Notes: generated by a model from the sequence alone, not told the origin. A stretch of DNA of 64,000 bases from Thermodesulfobacteriaceae bacterium (GCA_025062245.1 JANXAD010000003.1:16476-80475); one strand, 5' to 3'; positions 1 to 10,605 are shown, numbered from the stretch's first letter. Numbers and translations are program-made.

Positions 1-3000
1 TTCCCTTAGCAGTGTTAATTACTAAATTAATTTCTCTGTTCTTTAAAAGGTCAAGCACATTAGGTCTATAGCCATCAGAAATTTTGGGAACTACTTTAGT
101 TTCTATACCATGGGAAGACAAAAATTCACTTGTTCCCTGAGTTCCAATAAGTTTAAAACCCATTTCTTTTAATTTTTTAGCCATAGATATTCCAGAGGGT
201 TTATCTTCATCTTTAAGGGAGATAAAAACGGTTCCGGTAAGAGGAAGTCTCATTCCAGCTGCCAACTGTGCTTTGGCATAGGCTAAAGCTGGATCCCAGT
301 CAATTCCCATAACTTCTCCAGTGGACTTCATCTCTGGTCCAAGAATCACATCTGCTCCAGGAAATCTCTTAAAAGGAAAAACCACCTCCTTTACTGAATA
401 GTAGGGTGGAATAATCTCCTTAGTAAATCCTAAACTTTTTAAGGACTCTCCCAGCATTATAAAAGTTGCAAGCTTAGCTAAAGGAACTCCTATGGCTTTA
501 GAAACAAAAGGAATAGTTCTGGAAGCTCGAGGATTCACTTCTAATACATAAAGTTCTCCATCTTTTATAGCAAACTGAATATTTATAAGTCCTATTACTT
601 CTAACTCCTTAGCTAAAGAAAAAGTAGCTTCTTTTATTTCCTTTATCAGTTTTTCAGGTATGTGAACTGGAGGTAAGAAACAAGCTGAATCTCCAGAGTG
701 TACCCCTGCTTCTTCAATATGTTCCATAATTCCTGCAACTACCACTGTTTCTCCATCAGAAATAGCATCTACATCAATTTCCATAGCATCTTCCAAAAAC
801 TTATCAATCAAAACTGGATACTCTGGATGGATCTTTACAGCGGTTTCTATAAATTCCTTAAGTTCCTCTTCATGATAAATAATTCTCATAGCTCTACCAC
901 CCAAAACATAGGAAGGTCTAACTAAAAGGGGATATCCTATCCTTTGAGCTACCTTCAAAGCTTCTTCTAAACTAAAAGCTACCCCTGCAGGGGGCTTTTT
1001 TAAACCTAATTTGTCCACAAATTCTGCAAACTTTTCTCGATTTTCAGCTCGGTCAATATTTAAAGGCGAAGTTCCCAAAATTTTTACTCCCTGTTTATAA
1101 AGAGGCATAGCTAAATTAAGGGGAGTTTGCCCACCAAACTGAACAATTACTCCCTCTGGTTCTTCTTCCTCGTAAATGTTTAAAATGTGTTCCAAAGTTA
1201 AAGGTTCAAAATAAAGTCGGGTTGAGATATCGTAATCGGTAGATACAGTTTCAGGATTAGAATTAACCATAATAGCTTCTACTCCACGTTCTTTTAGGGC
1301 TAAGGAGGCATGAACACAACAGTAATCAAATTCAATCCCCTGTCCTATTCTATTAGGTCCTCCTCCTATAATTAAAATCTTTTTTTTGCCCTTAGTAGCC
1401 CGAGACTCATTTTCCACTTCATAGGTAGAATAAAAATAGGGAGTATAGGCTTCAAACTCAGCTGCACAAGTGTCAATAAGTTTAAAAGTAGGTTTAATAT
1501 TAAGACTTTTCCGATAGTTTCTCACTTCCTCTTCCTTTCTTCCTGTTAAAAAACCTATCTGCCAATCTGAAAAACCCATCTGTTTTAATTCTAATAATAC
1601 CTCTTTTGAGAGTTCTTCCAGCTTTTTCCCTTTGATTTCCTCGCTTTTTTCAAAGATTTCTTTAAGATGGTATAAAAACCAAGGATCTATGTAAGTGAGC
1701 TGATAAATTTCTTCTATACTAAGGTTAGCTTTAAAGGCTTCCCTCAAGTAAAAAAGTCTTTGACTATTGGGTTTAATTAGTTTTTCTCTTATAACTTCCT
1801 TAGGTAGTATGATCCCTTGATCAGAAGGACTTTTTCCATCTGCCCCAAATCCATAGCGGCTTATCTCTAATCCGTAAATAGCCTTCTGTAAAGCCTCTTT
1901 GAAAGTTCTTCCTATAGCCATCGTTTCTCCTACAGACCTCATGGAAGTGGTAATTTCATCTTTACACTCGGGGAATTTTTCAAAGGTAAAGCGTGGAATT
2001 TTAACTACCACATAATCAATAGTAGGTTCAAAGGCTGCCTTAGTTTCTTTGGTAATATCGTTAGGAAGTTCATCTAAGGTATAACCTACAGCTAATTTTG
2101 CAGCAATTTTAGCTATAGGATAACCGGTAGCTTTACTGGCTAAAGCTGAAGACCTCGAAACCCTGGGATTCATCTCAATAACTACCATTTCACCGGTTTT
2201 AGGATGGATAGCAAACTGAATATTAGAACCTCCCGTATCTACTCCTATTTCTCTTATAATGGCCTGAGCAGCGGTTCTCATTCTTTGATATTCTTTATCT
2301 GTTAAAGTTTGAGCAGGAGCTACGGTTATAGAGTCCCCTGTATGTATTCCCATAGGATCAAAATTTTCTATGGAACAAATAATGACTACATTGTCTTTAA
2401 AGTCTCGCATAACCTCAAGTTCAAACTCTTTCCATCCTAACACCGATTCTTCAAGCATTACTTGATGAATTATAGAAGCTTCAAGTCCAGCACTTACAAT
2501 CTCTCTTAATTCTTCAATATTAAAGGCTACTCCTCCCCCTGTTCCTCCCAAGGTAAAGCTTGGTCTTACAATCACTGGAAAGCCAATTTCTTTAACAGCC
2601 CTTTCTGCCTCAGAAAGGGAATGAACAATTACACTCTTAGGAACCTTTAAACCAATTTTAGTCATAGCTTCTTTAAATTTTTCTCTACTTTCAGCCTTCT
2701 CAATGGCAGCTTCTTTAGCTCCTATCAACTCCACACCATATTTTTCTAAAACCCCTTTTTTAGCTAAAGCAAAGGCCAAATTAAGACCTGTTTGACCTCC
2801 AAGGGTAGGTAAAAGAGCCTCTGGTCTTTCTTCTTTAATGATATATTCTAAAACCTCTGGAACTAAGGGTTCTATGTAAGTTATGTCAGCCATTTCAGGA
2901 TCGGTCATAATAGTTGCAGGGTTGGAATTAACTAAAATAACCTTATAACCCTCTTCTTTTAAAGCTTTACAAGCCTGACTACCAGAATAGTCAAATTCAC

Positions 3001-3070
3001 AGGCCTGTCCAATTACTATAGGACCAGAACCTATAATGAGAATCTTTTTTATATCCGTTCTCTTAGGCAT
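1..3070 (-). CDS. carB: Carbamoyl-phosphate synthase large subunit (3' end runs off the window)
   Basis: Absent from the ORF track because no stop is in the window. Reverse strand from ATG at 3070 reads [34 protein letters not shown], the CarB N-terminus; later [23 protein letters not shown] is the second ATP-grasp half. Confidence 0.97.
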   Translation of the reverse strand, partial: MPKRTDIKKILIIGSGPIVIGQACEFDYSGSQACKALKEEGYKVILVNSNPATIMTDPEMADITYIEPLVPEVLEYIIKEERPEALLPTLGGQTGLNLAFALAKKGVLEKYGVELIGAKEAAIEKAESREKFKEAMTKIGLKVPKSVIVHSLSEAERAVKEIGFPVIVRPSFTLGGTGGGVAFNIEELREIVSAGLEASIIHQVMLEESVLGWKEFELEVMRDFKDNVVIICSIENFDPMGIHTGDSITVAPAQTLTDKEYQRMRTAAQAIIREIGVDTGGSNIQFAIHPKTGEMVVIEMNPRVSRSSALASKATGYPIAKIAAKLAVGYTLDELPNDITKETKAAFEPTIDYVVVKIPRFTFEKFPECKDEITTSMRSVGETMAIGRTFKEALQKAIYGLEISRYGFGADGKSPSDQGIILPKEVIREKLIKPNSQRLFYLREAFKANLSIEEIYQLTYIDPWFLYHLKEIFEKSEEIKGKKLEELSKEVLLELKQMGFSDWQIGFLTGRKEEEVRNYRKSLNIKPTFKLIDTCAAEFEAYTPYFYSTYEVENESRATKGKKKILIIGGGPNRIGQGIEFDYCCVHASLALKERGVEAIMVNSNPETVSTDYDISTRLYFEPLTLEHILNIYEEEEPEGVIVQFGGQTPLNLAMPLYKQGVKILGTSPLNIDRAENREKFAEFVDKLGLKKPPAGVAFSLEEALKVAQRIGYPLLVRPSYVLGGRAMRIIYHEEELKEFIETAVKIHPEYPVLIDKFLEDAMEIDVDAISDGETVVVAGIMEHIEEAGVHSGDSACFLPPVHIPEKLIKEIKEATFSLAKELEVIGLINIQFAIKDGELYVLEVNPRASRTIPFVSKAIGVPLAKLATFIMLGESLKSLGFTKEIIPPYYSVKEVVFPFKRFPGADVILGPEMKSTGEVMGIDWDPALAYAKAQLAAGMRLPLTGTVFISLKDEDKPSGISMAKKLKEMGFKLIGTQGTSEFLSSHGIETKVVPKISDGYRPNVLDLLKNREINLVINTAKG

Positions 3071-3106
3071 ACTACCCCCGTCTTTAAAAAACTTTAAAAT
3101 TCCCTT

Positions 3107-4927
3107 TTACCATTTTTCAAAATCCGGAGAAACTTTAACTTGGGCTTTTTTTCTTAGCTCCTGATACCACTGATTAAAAAAGACTCTTCGTTTTTCCTCT
3201 AAAAGGTTAGAAACTGTTAACTCTAATTCTTCAGAAAGATAGGTCTTTTTTTCAAAAGGATAAATTTCCTTGATCATAAAAATCTTTATTTCTTCTCCAT
3301 CCCAAAAAGGGTCTTTAATAAATCCCTTAGAACCCATAGAAAAAATTTCCTTAGAGAAAGTAGGTGAAAAGAGCTTTCCAATTTCCTTTCTTAAAACCCT
3401 ATAAGTTCTAATCTGAAAACCTTCTTTTTTAATTTCTTCAGCTCTCAAAGAAAGACTTTGATTAGAGGTAAATTTTTTAATTTTATTTTCACAAATCTCT
3501 TTTCCTTTAATATTTAAATAATCCTCTTTAACCCTTCCTTTGGCCTCTTCAAAGGAAAGATTTTTAGGAGGTTTTTTATCTATTATCTCCACGAAAACTA
3601 TTCCCTTAGGAGGAACTTCTAAAGGAGATAGAAAGTCTCCTTTATTACTTTGAAAAACCTTTAAAATTCCCTCTGAAGATCCTAAAATTTTTTTAACACC
3701 TTCTTTACCAAGAAAATCTGTTTCTACCAGCTGAACTTGAGTTTTTTTAGCCCAGTTAGTTAATCCGTTTTCCTTAATTATTTCTTGATAAAGACTGTGA
3801 GCTTTACTTTTAGTTAGATTTTTAATTTTTTCAGAAATTAGTTCCTTTCTAATTTCTGATTCTATCTCCTTTAAACTTAAAACTCTTTCTGGTTTAACTT
3901 CTTCTACCCCTAAAATAAAATAGTTAGTCCCTATTTTTACCGGTCCAACTATTTCTCCTGTTTGAGCTTTCTTTAAAAGATTTCTTATCTCTTCAGGTAA
4001 AGCCTGTTCTTCAAACCAGTCTCCCTTTTTGATTCCAAACTTTTCAAAATCTTTTAAGCCTTTAATTTGGTCCCTTGTCTTTTGCGCCTCTAATAGAGCC
4101 TTTTCATCTGCCCCGGAGACAGTTATTCTCCTCAGTTTTATTTTAAAGGGCTGTTTAAATCTTTCTAAATTTTCTTGATAATATTTTTTTATTTCTTCAG
4201 GTTCTAACTTAACCTCCCTTTGATAGGGCAAAAGATATAGGGCTAACTTAACCTTTTCTTCCTCTACATATAGATTTCTATGGGTTAAAAAATAGTTTTC
4301 CAAATCCTTTTCTGAATAATTAACCCAAACTTTACACTTACTTAAAGGTAAACTCAATTCCTCTAAAACCAAGGTTTGGTGAGAATAATTCAAAAATTCT
4401 TCTGCTTCTTTAGAAGAAACTAATAAAGGGGTCGTCAAAATCAAAGTAAGTTTTTTTTCTAATAGATCGAACTTTACTAACTTTTCAAAAAAGGAAGGAG
4501 AAATACCTAAGCTTCTTAAAACAGAATGATACTTATTAGGGTCAAATTGGTTAGCCTCTCTGAAAAGAGGAAATTGAGAAATAGCTAAACCTACTTCAGG
4601 GGAGGTTATCTTAATACCTACTTTTTCTGCTTCTCTTTCTAAAAGTTTCATTTTTATTAAATTTTCTAAAACCTGCTCTTTAATCTTAAGCTTTTTAAGT
4701 TCTTCGGAAGATAATTCACCAAAGGTTTGTTTTAGTTGAAAGGTTTGAAATTGGTAATACTCTTGAAATTCTTTAGAAGAAATAGTTATTCCGTCTACTT
4801 TAGCTACCCAATCTTTTTTTTCAGAAGTAAAGGTGCCTATTCCCCAGAAAATAAAAACTATAATGATAACCGCTAAAAAAATTTTGGCTAATAAAGAAGT
4901 GGCCCCTTTTCTTAAGAAGTCAAACAT
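3107..4927 (-). CDS. ppiD: PpiD/SurA-N domain periplasmic chaperone, membrane-anchored
   Basis: N-terminal TM anchor IFLAVIIIVFIFWGIG, then WVAKVDG..I and a SurA_N-like helical region; 606 aa as typical for PpiD; rotamase motifs are degenerate. Confidence 0.8.
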   Translation of the reverse strand: MFDFLRKGATSLLAKIFLAVIIIVFIFWGIGTFTSEKKDWVAKVDGITISSKEFQEYYQFQTFQLKQTFGELSSEELKKLKIKEQVLENLIKMKLLEREAEKVGIKITSPEVGLAISQFPLFREANQFDPNKYHSVLRSLGISPSFFEKLVKFDLLEKKLTLILTTPLLVSSKEAEEFLNYSHQTLVLEELSLPLSKCKVWVNYSEKDLENYFLTHRNLYVEEEKVKLALYLLPYQREVKLEPEEIKKYYQENLERFKQPFKIKLRRITVSGADEKALLEAQKTRDQIKGLKDFEKFGIKKGDWFEEQALPEEIRNLLKKAQTGEIVGPVKIGTNYFILGVEEVKPERVLSLKEIESEIRKELISEKIKNLTKSKAHSLYQEIIKENGLTNWAKKTQVQLVETDFLGKEGVKKILGSSEGILKVFQSNKGDFLSPLEVPPKGIVFVEIIDKKPPKNLSFEEAKGRVKEDYLNIKGKEICENKIKKFTSNQSLSLRAEEIKKEGFQIRTYRVLRKEIGKLFSPTFSKEIFSMGSKGFIKDPFWDGEEIKIFMIKEIYPFEKKTYLSEELELTVSNLLEEKRRVFFNQWYQELRKKAQVKVSPDFEKW

Positions 4928-4978
4928 TTTAAAAGACTTAAAAAAATTTTTTTAAATATACCTAAAAGTTTTCAATTG

Positions 4979-5842
4979 TCAAAAAGTTTTTCTCAAGAAC
5001 TCTTCCAAAGTTTCCTTAGCACCCTTTAGTCCGATCTTTTTTCTTATTCTTTTTCTGTAAAAATCTACTGCTGGTTTGCTGAGATTTAAAATTCTGGCAA
5101 TATCCTTAGAGGAGTAGCCCTCTTTCACTAAAAGGGCTACTTGAGCTTCTTTAAGATTAAGATTTAAAAAGGGATTGGCAATCTCTCCTGAAGTTACCTT
5201 TTTAAGTTCCTCTAACTTCTCCTTTAAAATCTTAAAAACTCCTGAAAAATTCTCTTGAGAGGAACTTTTTTCTACTAAATCTATTAAAGGATCTACTATA
5301 TTTTCTAAATAGCTCTTTATAGTATAAAGAAGTTCCTTCTTTTCTTTTTCTTTGGCTTTTAGGGTTTCTCTTAAAGTGCTTTGCATTTCCTCTATCTCTT
5401 TCTTTTGTTCTTCTATTTTTTCCTCCCTTTCTTCCAGTTTCTTTTCTAAAATTTTAATAGAGGTAATCTCTTCATGGGCTACTACAAAAATTTTAGGTTT
5501 CACTCCCTGGATAGGAGCTACTGTAATAAGAAACCATCTTTCTTGTCCCTCAAAATCTATAAAGGAATACACATCTTTATAAGAAGGAATTTCTCCCCTG
5601 ATTACCCTTTTAATTCCTTGAGCAATCTTTTGAGCAGTTTCTCTTTCAGGACCCTCAGTTTTCTCACAAATTTCTAAATAGTTATATCCTATACAGTCTG
5701 GCCTTCCAACTATTTTTCCCTTTATAGCTTGATTTTGCCAAGATTGATTGGTAGCCAAAATATTTCCCTTTTCATCAATAATAGAAATTTGGGTGGGAAG
5801 AGAGTCAAGAATAGCTTGATAAACTGAAAGTTTTAAATTCAT
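4979..5842 (-). CDS. PAS domain + coiled coil + LuxR-type HTH transcriptional regulator
   Basis: ILDSLPTQISIIDEKGNILATNQSW is PAS-like; C-terminal LNLKEAQVALLVKEGYSSKDIARILNLSKPAVDFYRKRIRKKIGL is a LuxR HTH. Confidence 0.85.
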   Translation of the reverse strand: MNLKLSVYQAILDSLPTQISIIDEKGNILATNQSWQNQAIKGKIVGRPDCIGYNYLEICEKTEGPERETAQKIAQGIKRVIRGEIPSYKDVYSFIDFEGQERWFLITVAPIQGVKPKIFVVAHEEITSIKILEKKLEEREEKIEEQKKEIEEMQSTLRETLKAKEKEKKELLYTIKSYLENIVDPLIDLVEKSSSQENFSGVFKILKEKLEELKKVTSGEIANPFLNLNLKEAQVALLVKEGYSSKDIARILNLSKPAVDFYRKRIRKKIGLKGAKETLEEFLRKTF

Positions 5843-6933
5843 ACCTCTTTTAAAACTTCTTTTAAACTTTGAATTAGAAATTTATTCTCTTCAGGAAGGC
5901 CTATAGAAATTCTTAAAAAGTTAGGGAAACCATAGGCCTTTAGGGAACGCAAAAAAATTCCCCTTTCCATTAATCTTTGATAAATTTTTTCTGCCCTTTC
6001 TCCTAAATCAACCATTAAAAAGTTAGCTTGAGAGGAAAAAACTTTAAATCCTAAGGCTTCAAGTTCCTCTTTGAAAAATCTTCTCCCTTCTTTAACTATT
6101 TGAATACTCTTTTCAAGGTATTCCTCATCCTTTAGCACTGCTAAACCTGCTTTTACAGCTAAAAGATTAATATTAAAAGGTTGCCTCACCTTATCCAAAG
6201 CTTGAGCAAGTTCCTCAAAGGTTATTCCATAGCCTAACCTCAAACCGGCAAGTCCATAAGCTTTAGAAAGAGTTCTCAAAATTAAAACTGAATAACCCCT
6301 TTTTAAAAACTCTATTCCTAAGGGAACTTCAGGATCTTCTATGAACTCTCCGTAAGCTTCGTCTATGACCACTAATACTTTAAAATTAACTTCTCTTAAA
6401 AACTCTTCCCAATCCCTTCTCTTAAGAGTACTTCCTGTCGGATTATTAGGATGATCTAAAAAAATAACCTTGGTTTTAAAAGAAATTCTCTTAAGAATTT
6501 CGGAAAAATTATGGGTAAAATCCCTTTTTAAAGGGATTTTTTTAACTTTAATATCGTAAATTTCAGCCAGTTTTTCATACATTAAAAAACTTGGTTCACT
6601 AACTATTATCTCATCTTCCTTTTCTAATAAGGCTTTAAATAAAAATTCTATTACTTCATTGGAACCATTTCCTAAAACAATTTGTAAAGGATTAACTTTC
6701 CATTTTTCAGCCAGAATTTTTTTAAGTTCCAAATAACTGGCTTCTGGATAACGATGAATTTCTAAAAGAGCCTCTTGAAGAGCCTCTAAGACCTTAGGAG
6801 ATGGACCTAAAGGATTTTCATTAGCATTAAATTTATAAATATTACCACTTATTTTTAAATCTCTACGAATTTCTTCAACGGTTTTCCCAGGAGGGTAAGG
6901 CTTAAGGTCTAAAAGGTGGGCTTTAATTTGCAT
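5839..6933 (-). CDS. hisC: Histidinol-phosphate aminotransferase
   Basis: KFNANENPLGPSP, GNGSNEVI, PNNPTG, DEAYGEF and the PLP-lysine motif RTLSKAYGLAGLRLGY. Confidence 0.95.
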   Translation of the reverse strand: MQIKAHLLDLKPYPPGKTVEEIRRDLKISGNIYKFNANENPLGPSPKVLEALQEALLEIHRYPEASYLELKKILAEKWKVNPLQIVLGNGSNEVIEFLFKALLEKEDEIIVSEPSFLMYEKLAEIYDIKVKKIPLKRDFTHNFSEILKRISFKTKVIFLDHPNNPTGSTLKRRDWEEFLREVNFKVLVVIDEAYGEFIEDPEVPLGIEFLKRGYSVLILRTLSKAYGLAGLRLGYGITFEELAQALDKVRQPFNINLLAVKAGLAVLKDEEYLEKSIQIVKEGRRFFKEELEALGFKVFSSQANFLMVDLGERAEKIYQRLMERGIFLRSLKAYGFPNFLRISIGLPEENKFLIQSLKEVLKEV

Positions 6934-8087
6934 TAAAATCCTAATTTAGCCAACTCCAAAGTTTTGTCAATTTGCTTTTGCAATTCAGGAGGTATACCTT
7001 CTATTTTTACTCTTAGAAAACCTTTGACAATAAGAGAGGTAGCCTCCTCTTCAGTTAAACCACGAGCCATAAGATATTCCACCTCTTCCCTGGCAATTTT
7101 GCCCACGGCTGCTTCATGAGTTAGTTCTACATCATAAAAATGACTATCTAATTCTGGAATAGCCCTCATCACTCCTTCATCACTTAACATAAGGCCTTGG
7201 CACTCCAGGTGTCCTTTAACCTTAGGAGCTTTGGCTACAATTTTTCCTCTGGCAATGTTTTCTCCTCCGTAAACTACCACACGAGAAGTAATTTCCGTAG
7301 CAGTTTCCTCAGCTTCTAAACGAATTTCTCCTCCTATATCTATATGGGAATCTGGATGATTAGCTATAATAGAAATAAAAGAAGCTTTAGCGTTAGGACC
7401 CACTAATCTACATACTGGAGCAGTCTGAATGCTTTTTACGGGAAAAAGACTTACATAGGTAGAGATATAGGTTCCTCCTTCCTCTATTAAAACACCGGTT
7501 CTGGGTCTAACATAGGTTCTTTTGTCCCAAACATGAAGCATACTGAAAGTTAGGGTTCCCCCTCTTTTTACATAAAATTCAGAAATTCCAATATGGAAGG
7601 CTGAAGAAAGATGAGGATGGACTGAACAGGAGGTTATAAGATTCAGCTCTGCTCCCTCCTCTACAATAACTATATTATGAACCTTCTGAGCAACTTTATC
7701 TGTTCTTATGTAAAGACAGGTTTGAACAGGATAAACTAGCTTATGCCCAGGTAAAACCCTTATAAAATAGCCATCATCTAAATCCTCAGCCACAGCTTTA
7801 GTAAACTCATCCTTTTCAGGATTTACTAGCTTCCAAAAATAATCGGAAATCCAATCATACTTTTTTAACGCTTCAGTAATAGGAAGCATTTCCAATCCTT
7901 TAGCTTCTCTTTTTTTACAAATAAAGGGTTTAGCATCAATTTGAATATACTCCCCTCCCCTTTTCAAAGATTCATCAACTCCTAAAAACTTAAGCCTCTC
8001 CCTTTCCTCTATGGAAAGTTCTTCTAAACTTTGAGGAAGTTTAGCTTCCTTAGCTGATTTAAATTCTTTAATATCTATAGTCTCCAT
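6933..8087 (-). CDS. sufB: SufB/SufD-family Fe-S scaffold (SmsB-like)
   Basis: Beta-helix repeats and C-terminal PELD..DVELTHEAAVGKIAREEVEYLMARGL..EEA..LIVKGFL. Confidence 0.88.
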   Translation of the reverse strand: METIDIKEFKSAKEAKLPQSLEELSIEERERLKFLGVDESLKRGGEYIQIDAKPFICKKREAKGLEMLPITEALKKYDWISDYFWKLVNPEKDEFTKAVAEDLDDGYFIRVLPGHKLVYPVQTCLYIRTDKVAQKVHNIVIVEEGAELNLITSCSVHPHLSSAFHIGISEFYVKRGGTLTFSMLHVWDKRTYVRPRTGVLIEEGGTYISTYVSLFPVKSIQTAPVCRLVGPNAKASFISIIANHPDSHIDIGGEIRLEAEETATEITSRVVVYGGENIARGKIVAKAPKVKGHLECQGLMLSDEGVMRAIPELDSHFYDVELTHEAAVGKIAREEVEYLMARGLTEEEATSLIVKGFLRVKIEGIPPELQKQIDKTLELAKLGF

Positions 8088-8105
8088 TTTTAATTACCTC
8101 CTAAT

Positions 8106-8852
8106 TTAAATTCCACACCTTTTTAAACAGTTTTTACAGCCTTCATAACCATATTTTTGTATGGCTTCAAAAATTTCTAAGGGATTTCCTTCACAGTAAA
8201 TTTCTCCATCCATAATTACATAACCCAGGTCTGCAGTAACATATTGTAAAATAAAACCGGTATGGGTAATAATGAGACCACTTTTGGTTCTGGGTCGGTG
8301 AGTTTCCTTTTGTAAAAGTTTTTTAATCATTTGACCAATAAGGTGGATGTTTTCTAAGTCTACTCCAGATTCTGGCTCATCTAATAAGACCAGATCAGGA
8401 TTCTGAATCATGAGCTGAAGAAGTTCACTTTTTTTAATCTCCCCTCCTGAAAACCCTTTGTTAATTTCACGGTCTAAAAACTTTTCAAAGGTAAAACTTC
8501 GAGCTAATTCTTCAATTTTTACACCATTTTCTTTACTACACAGTTTTAAAATTTCTCTCAATTTTACTCCTCTTATAGTAGGAGGTCTTTGAAACATAAT
8601 TCCGATCCCCCTTTTAGCTCTTTCGTAAGGGGGAAGCTGGGTTATGTCTTCCCCTTTAAAAATAATTTTTCCATGAAGCACCTTATAAGCAGGAAATCCC
8701 ATAATACTCATTAAAAGGGAAGTTTTTCCAGAACCGTTTCTACCAAAGATGATGTGAGTTTGCCCCACAGGTATTTTTAGGGAAACACCTTTTAAAACCT
8801 TTCTACCCTCAATTTCTACCCAAAGATCTTTAATTTCTAATAAAGTTTCCAT
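8106..8852 (-). CDS. sufC: SufC-family ABC ATPase (SmsC-like, C-terminal Cys motif)
   Basis: Walker A GRNGSGKT, signature FSGGEIK, Walker B LDEPESGVD; C-terminus YGYEGCKNC. Confidence 0.9.
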   Translation of the reverse strand: METLLEIKDLWVEIEGRKVLKGVSLKIPVGQTHIIFGRNGSGKTSLLMSIMGFPAYKVLHGKIIFKGEDITQLPPYERAKRGIGIMFQRPPTIRGVKLREILKLCSKENGVKIEELARSFTFEKFLDREINKGFSGGEIKKSELLQLMIQNPDLVLLDEPESGVDLENIHLIGQMIKKLLQKETHRPRTKSGLIITHTGFILQYVTADLGYVIMDGEIYCEGNPLEIFEAIQKYGYEGCKNCLKRCGI

Positions 8853-9074
8853 AACTTAGACTCCTTATGATTAATTTTTTACTTTTTAAATAATTTAATT
8901 TTAAAAAGATTTTTTTCAACTATTTTATTTTAAACACAAATAATACCATATTCTGGCAAAATTTCATGAGGAAGATTAAATTGGTGAAAAGCTAACCTTT
9001 TCCACCATTTTTGCCAAGAAATTAAAATAATTTCTACCTTCCCATTCTCTGTAAAGAACATCTAATAAGATCGA

Positions 9075-9237
9075 GACCTTGGCAAAATTTAATGGATTAA
9101 TAAAGATTTTAAGATAAAACTACGGAAAAAAATAAGGAGTTTCTCAAGTGTTAGGGCTTGGTGAGAAAGCTAAAAAGGGGCAAAGAAAAATGAGTAAACC
9201 TTTAGTTCCAACCTGCTTAAGGAGGTATTGGCATATA
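9075..9237 (+). repeat. Dispersed intergenic repeat family R, copy R1
   Basis: Shares TTTAAGATAAAACTAC, TCTCAAGTGTTAGGGCTTGGTGA, CCTTTAGTT and GGTATTGGCATATA with copies at 10784, 25646, 59232 (rc) and 62640 (rc); aligned by eye. Confidence 0.75.
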
Positions 9238-9242
9238 TTGCA

Positions 9243-10253
9243 CTAATCTAAACTATAGCCAAAATTAAGAAGAGTTTTTTCAGGATCTAAAGAAATTACT
9301 AATTCCCTAAGAAGTCTTCTTAGTTTTTCTCTATCTTGTTCTGCTTCAATCTCTCTCTTTAACACCTCAGGCACCCTTCCAAGCTTAACCTCTACCACCT
9401 CAAGCACCATCTCTTGAGCTTCTCTTAATAATCCCTCTTGTATCCCCTGCTGTAATCCCTTTTGTAATCCCTCCTGTAATCCCTGCTCATATTTTCTCTC
9501 TGAATAGGTCTTCAATTCAAACTCCATCCTCTCACCCCCTACCTCCCTTAATTTAATCCACACTTCCTCCTCGTCAAGCCCCTTCTCCTTAGACACTATC
9601 AACAAAAATAACTCCACATACCATCTCTCCCTCTCACTTAACTTCCCCACCACCTCCACAAACCTTACTACCCCCCTTAATAACTCCTCCAGAGGTCTAT
9701 CAAGACTCCTAAGAAGATAAAGATAGGCATACACCACACTATAAAGCTCAATCCTTTTCAAAAGCTCCTCTCGGTTAAGTCTCACCAAGTCAAGAAGTAA
9801 CACCCTGTAGTTTAGAAAATAAGACTTAATTTCAGGAGGTATCTCAAAAAGCTCCACAAACTCAATGGGGTAAAGCCAAGGCTTCTCTCCGTGATAAAAA
9901 ATAAAAGGCAACACAGGAATAGGTTTTGAGCCTTCTTTGAGGGCTTTTTCAAAAAGAGAGGAAATATAGTTTAGGATTTGAGCATAGACTGAGACATCTT
10001 GATAGGACTTGTGTTCAAGTAAAATGTAGAGGTGAAGAGGTTTTCCAAGGAGGGGAACTTGGACGATAATGTCAGGAAGAAGGCGCTTTTCTTTAGAGAG
10101 AGAAATCTGTTCTTCAGGGACGAAAACAAGTTGGGAGAGGTCTAAGTGAGAGAGAATCTCCTTGGGTAAGAACTCTTTAAGAAAGACTTTAAGATTTTCA
10201 GGGTCCTTAAGTATAGCCTTAGCATAAAGGTCGTAGGGCTTCGGTTCAGACAT
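9243..10253 (-). CDS. Rpn family recombination-promoting nuclease / putative transposase (PD-(D/E)XK, transposase_31-like)
   Basis: N-terminal PYDLYAKAIL, LPDIIVQV...LYILLEHKSYQD, PVLPFIFYHGEKPW; C-terminal (Q/E)EGL repeats followed by a small helical domain. Confidence 0.9.
   Translation of the reverse strand: MSEPKPYDLYAKAILKDPENLKVFLKEFLPKEILSHLDLSQLVFVPEEQISLSKEKRLLPDIIVQVPLLGKPLHLYILLEHKSYQDVSVYAQILNYISSLFEKALKEGSKPIPVLPFIFYHGEKPWLYPIEFVELFEIPPEIKSYFLNYRVLLLDLVRLNREELLKRIELYSVVYAYLYLLRSLDRPLEELLRGVVRFVEVVGKLSERERWYVELFLLIVSKEKGLDEEEVWIKLREVGGERMEFELKTYSERKYEQGLQEGLQKGLQQGIQEGLLREAQEMVLEVVEVKLGRVPEVLKREIEAEQDREKLRRLLRELVISLDPEKTLLNFGYSLD
9429..9486 (-). repeat. 12-bp tandem repeat (~5 units) coding EQGL-QEGL-QKGL-QQGI-QEGL inside the Rpn gene
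   Basis: Plus-strand units AATCCCTCCTGT / AATCCCTTTTGT / ATCCCCTGCTGT. Confidence 0.85.
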
Positions 10254-10491
10254 AAAAGGAAGTATAAAGGAGATTTGTTAAGTAAGCAAGAGGAGACTTT
10301 TCTGACTTACCTTTCCTTAGGCTTAAAACAAAGTTTCCTTAGGCAAGATAAAATACCTGATAAAGATACTTGTTAAACTTAAGTCTTCCTTCTTCTAAGC
10401 TTTCACCTTAAAGTAAACCTGTTGACTTTTTTATAGGGCTTATAGAGCTTAAGTTGGTAGGGAAGCTTATTTACCAGGGCAAATCCTTTTT

Positions 10492-10605
10492 CGTGTCATC
10501 ACTTATTCATCAAGGCAGAGTTTCTCACAGTTAAAGAAGTTAAAACGGTAGTTTTTTATCATTATTAAGTCGCAATCCCTTATTCATCAGGGAGGGGTTT
10601 CTTAC
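10492..10605 (-). CRISPR. Orphan minimal CRISPR-like unit: two 37-bp repeats (one degenerate) and one 40-bp spacer; no cas genes in the window
   Basis: 10569-10605 GTCGCAATCCCTTATTCATCAGGGAGGGGTTTCTTAC; the copy at 10492-10528 matches 22 of the last 27 nt (CTTATTCATCAAGGCAGAGTTTCTCAC). Internal hairpin TCCCT-N8-AGGGA. The minus strand ends GGGATTGCGAC, like ATTGAAAC-type repeat ends. Confidence 0.6.

Noticed and set aside
698-925. 75-aa plus-strand ORF
   Set aside because: Antisense shadow of carB, which occupies 1-3070 on the minus strand.
9243-10253. Rpn gene as an active IS transposase
   Set aside because: No terminal inverted repeats or target duplication seen and no DDE/HUH motif; the family label is historical.
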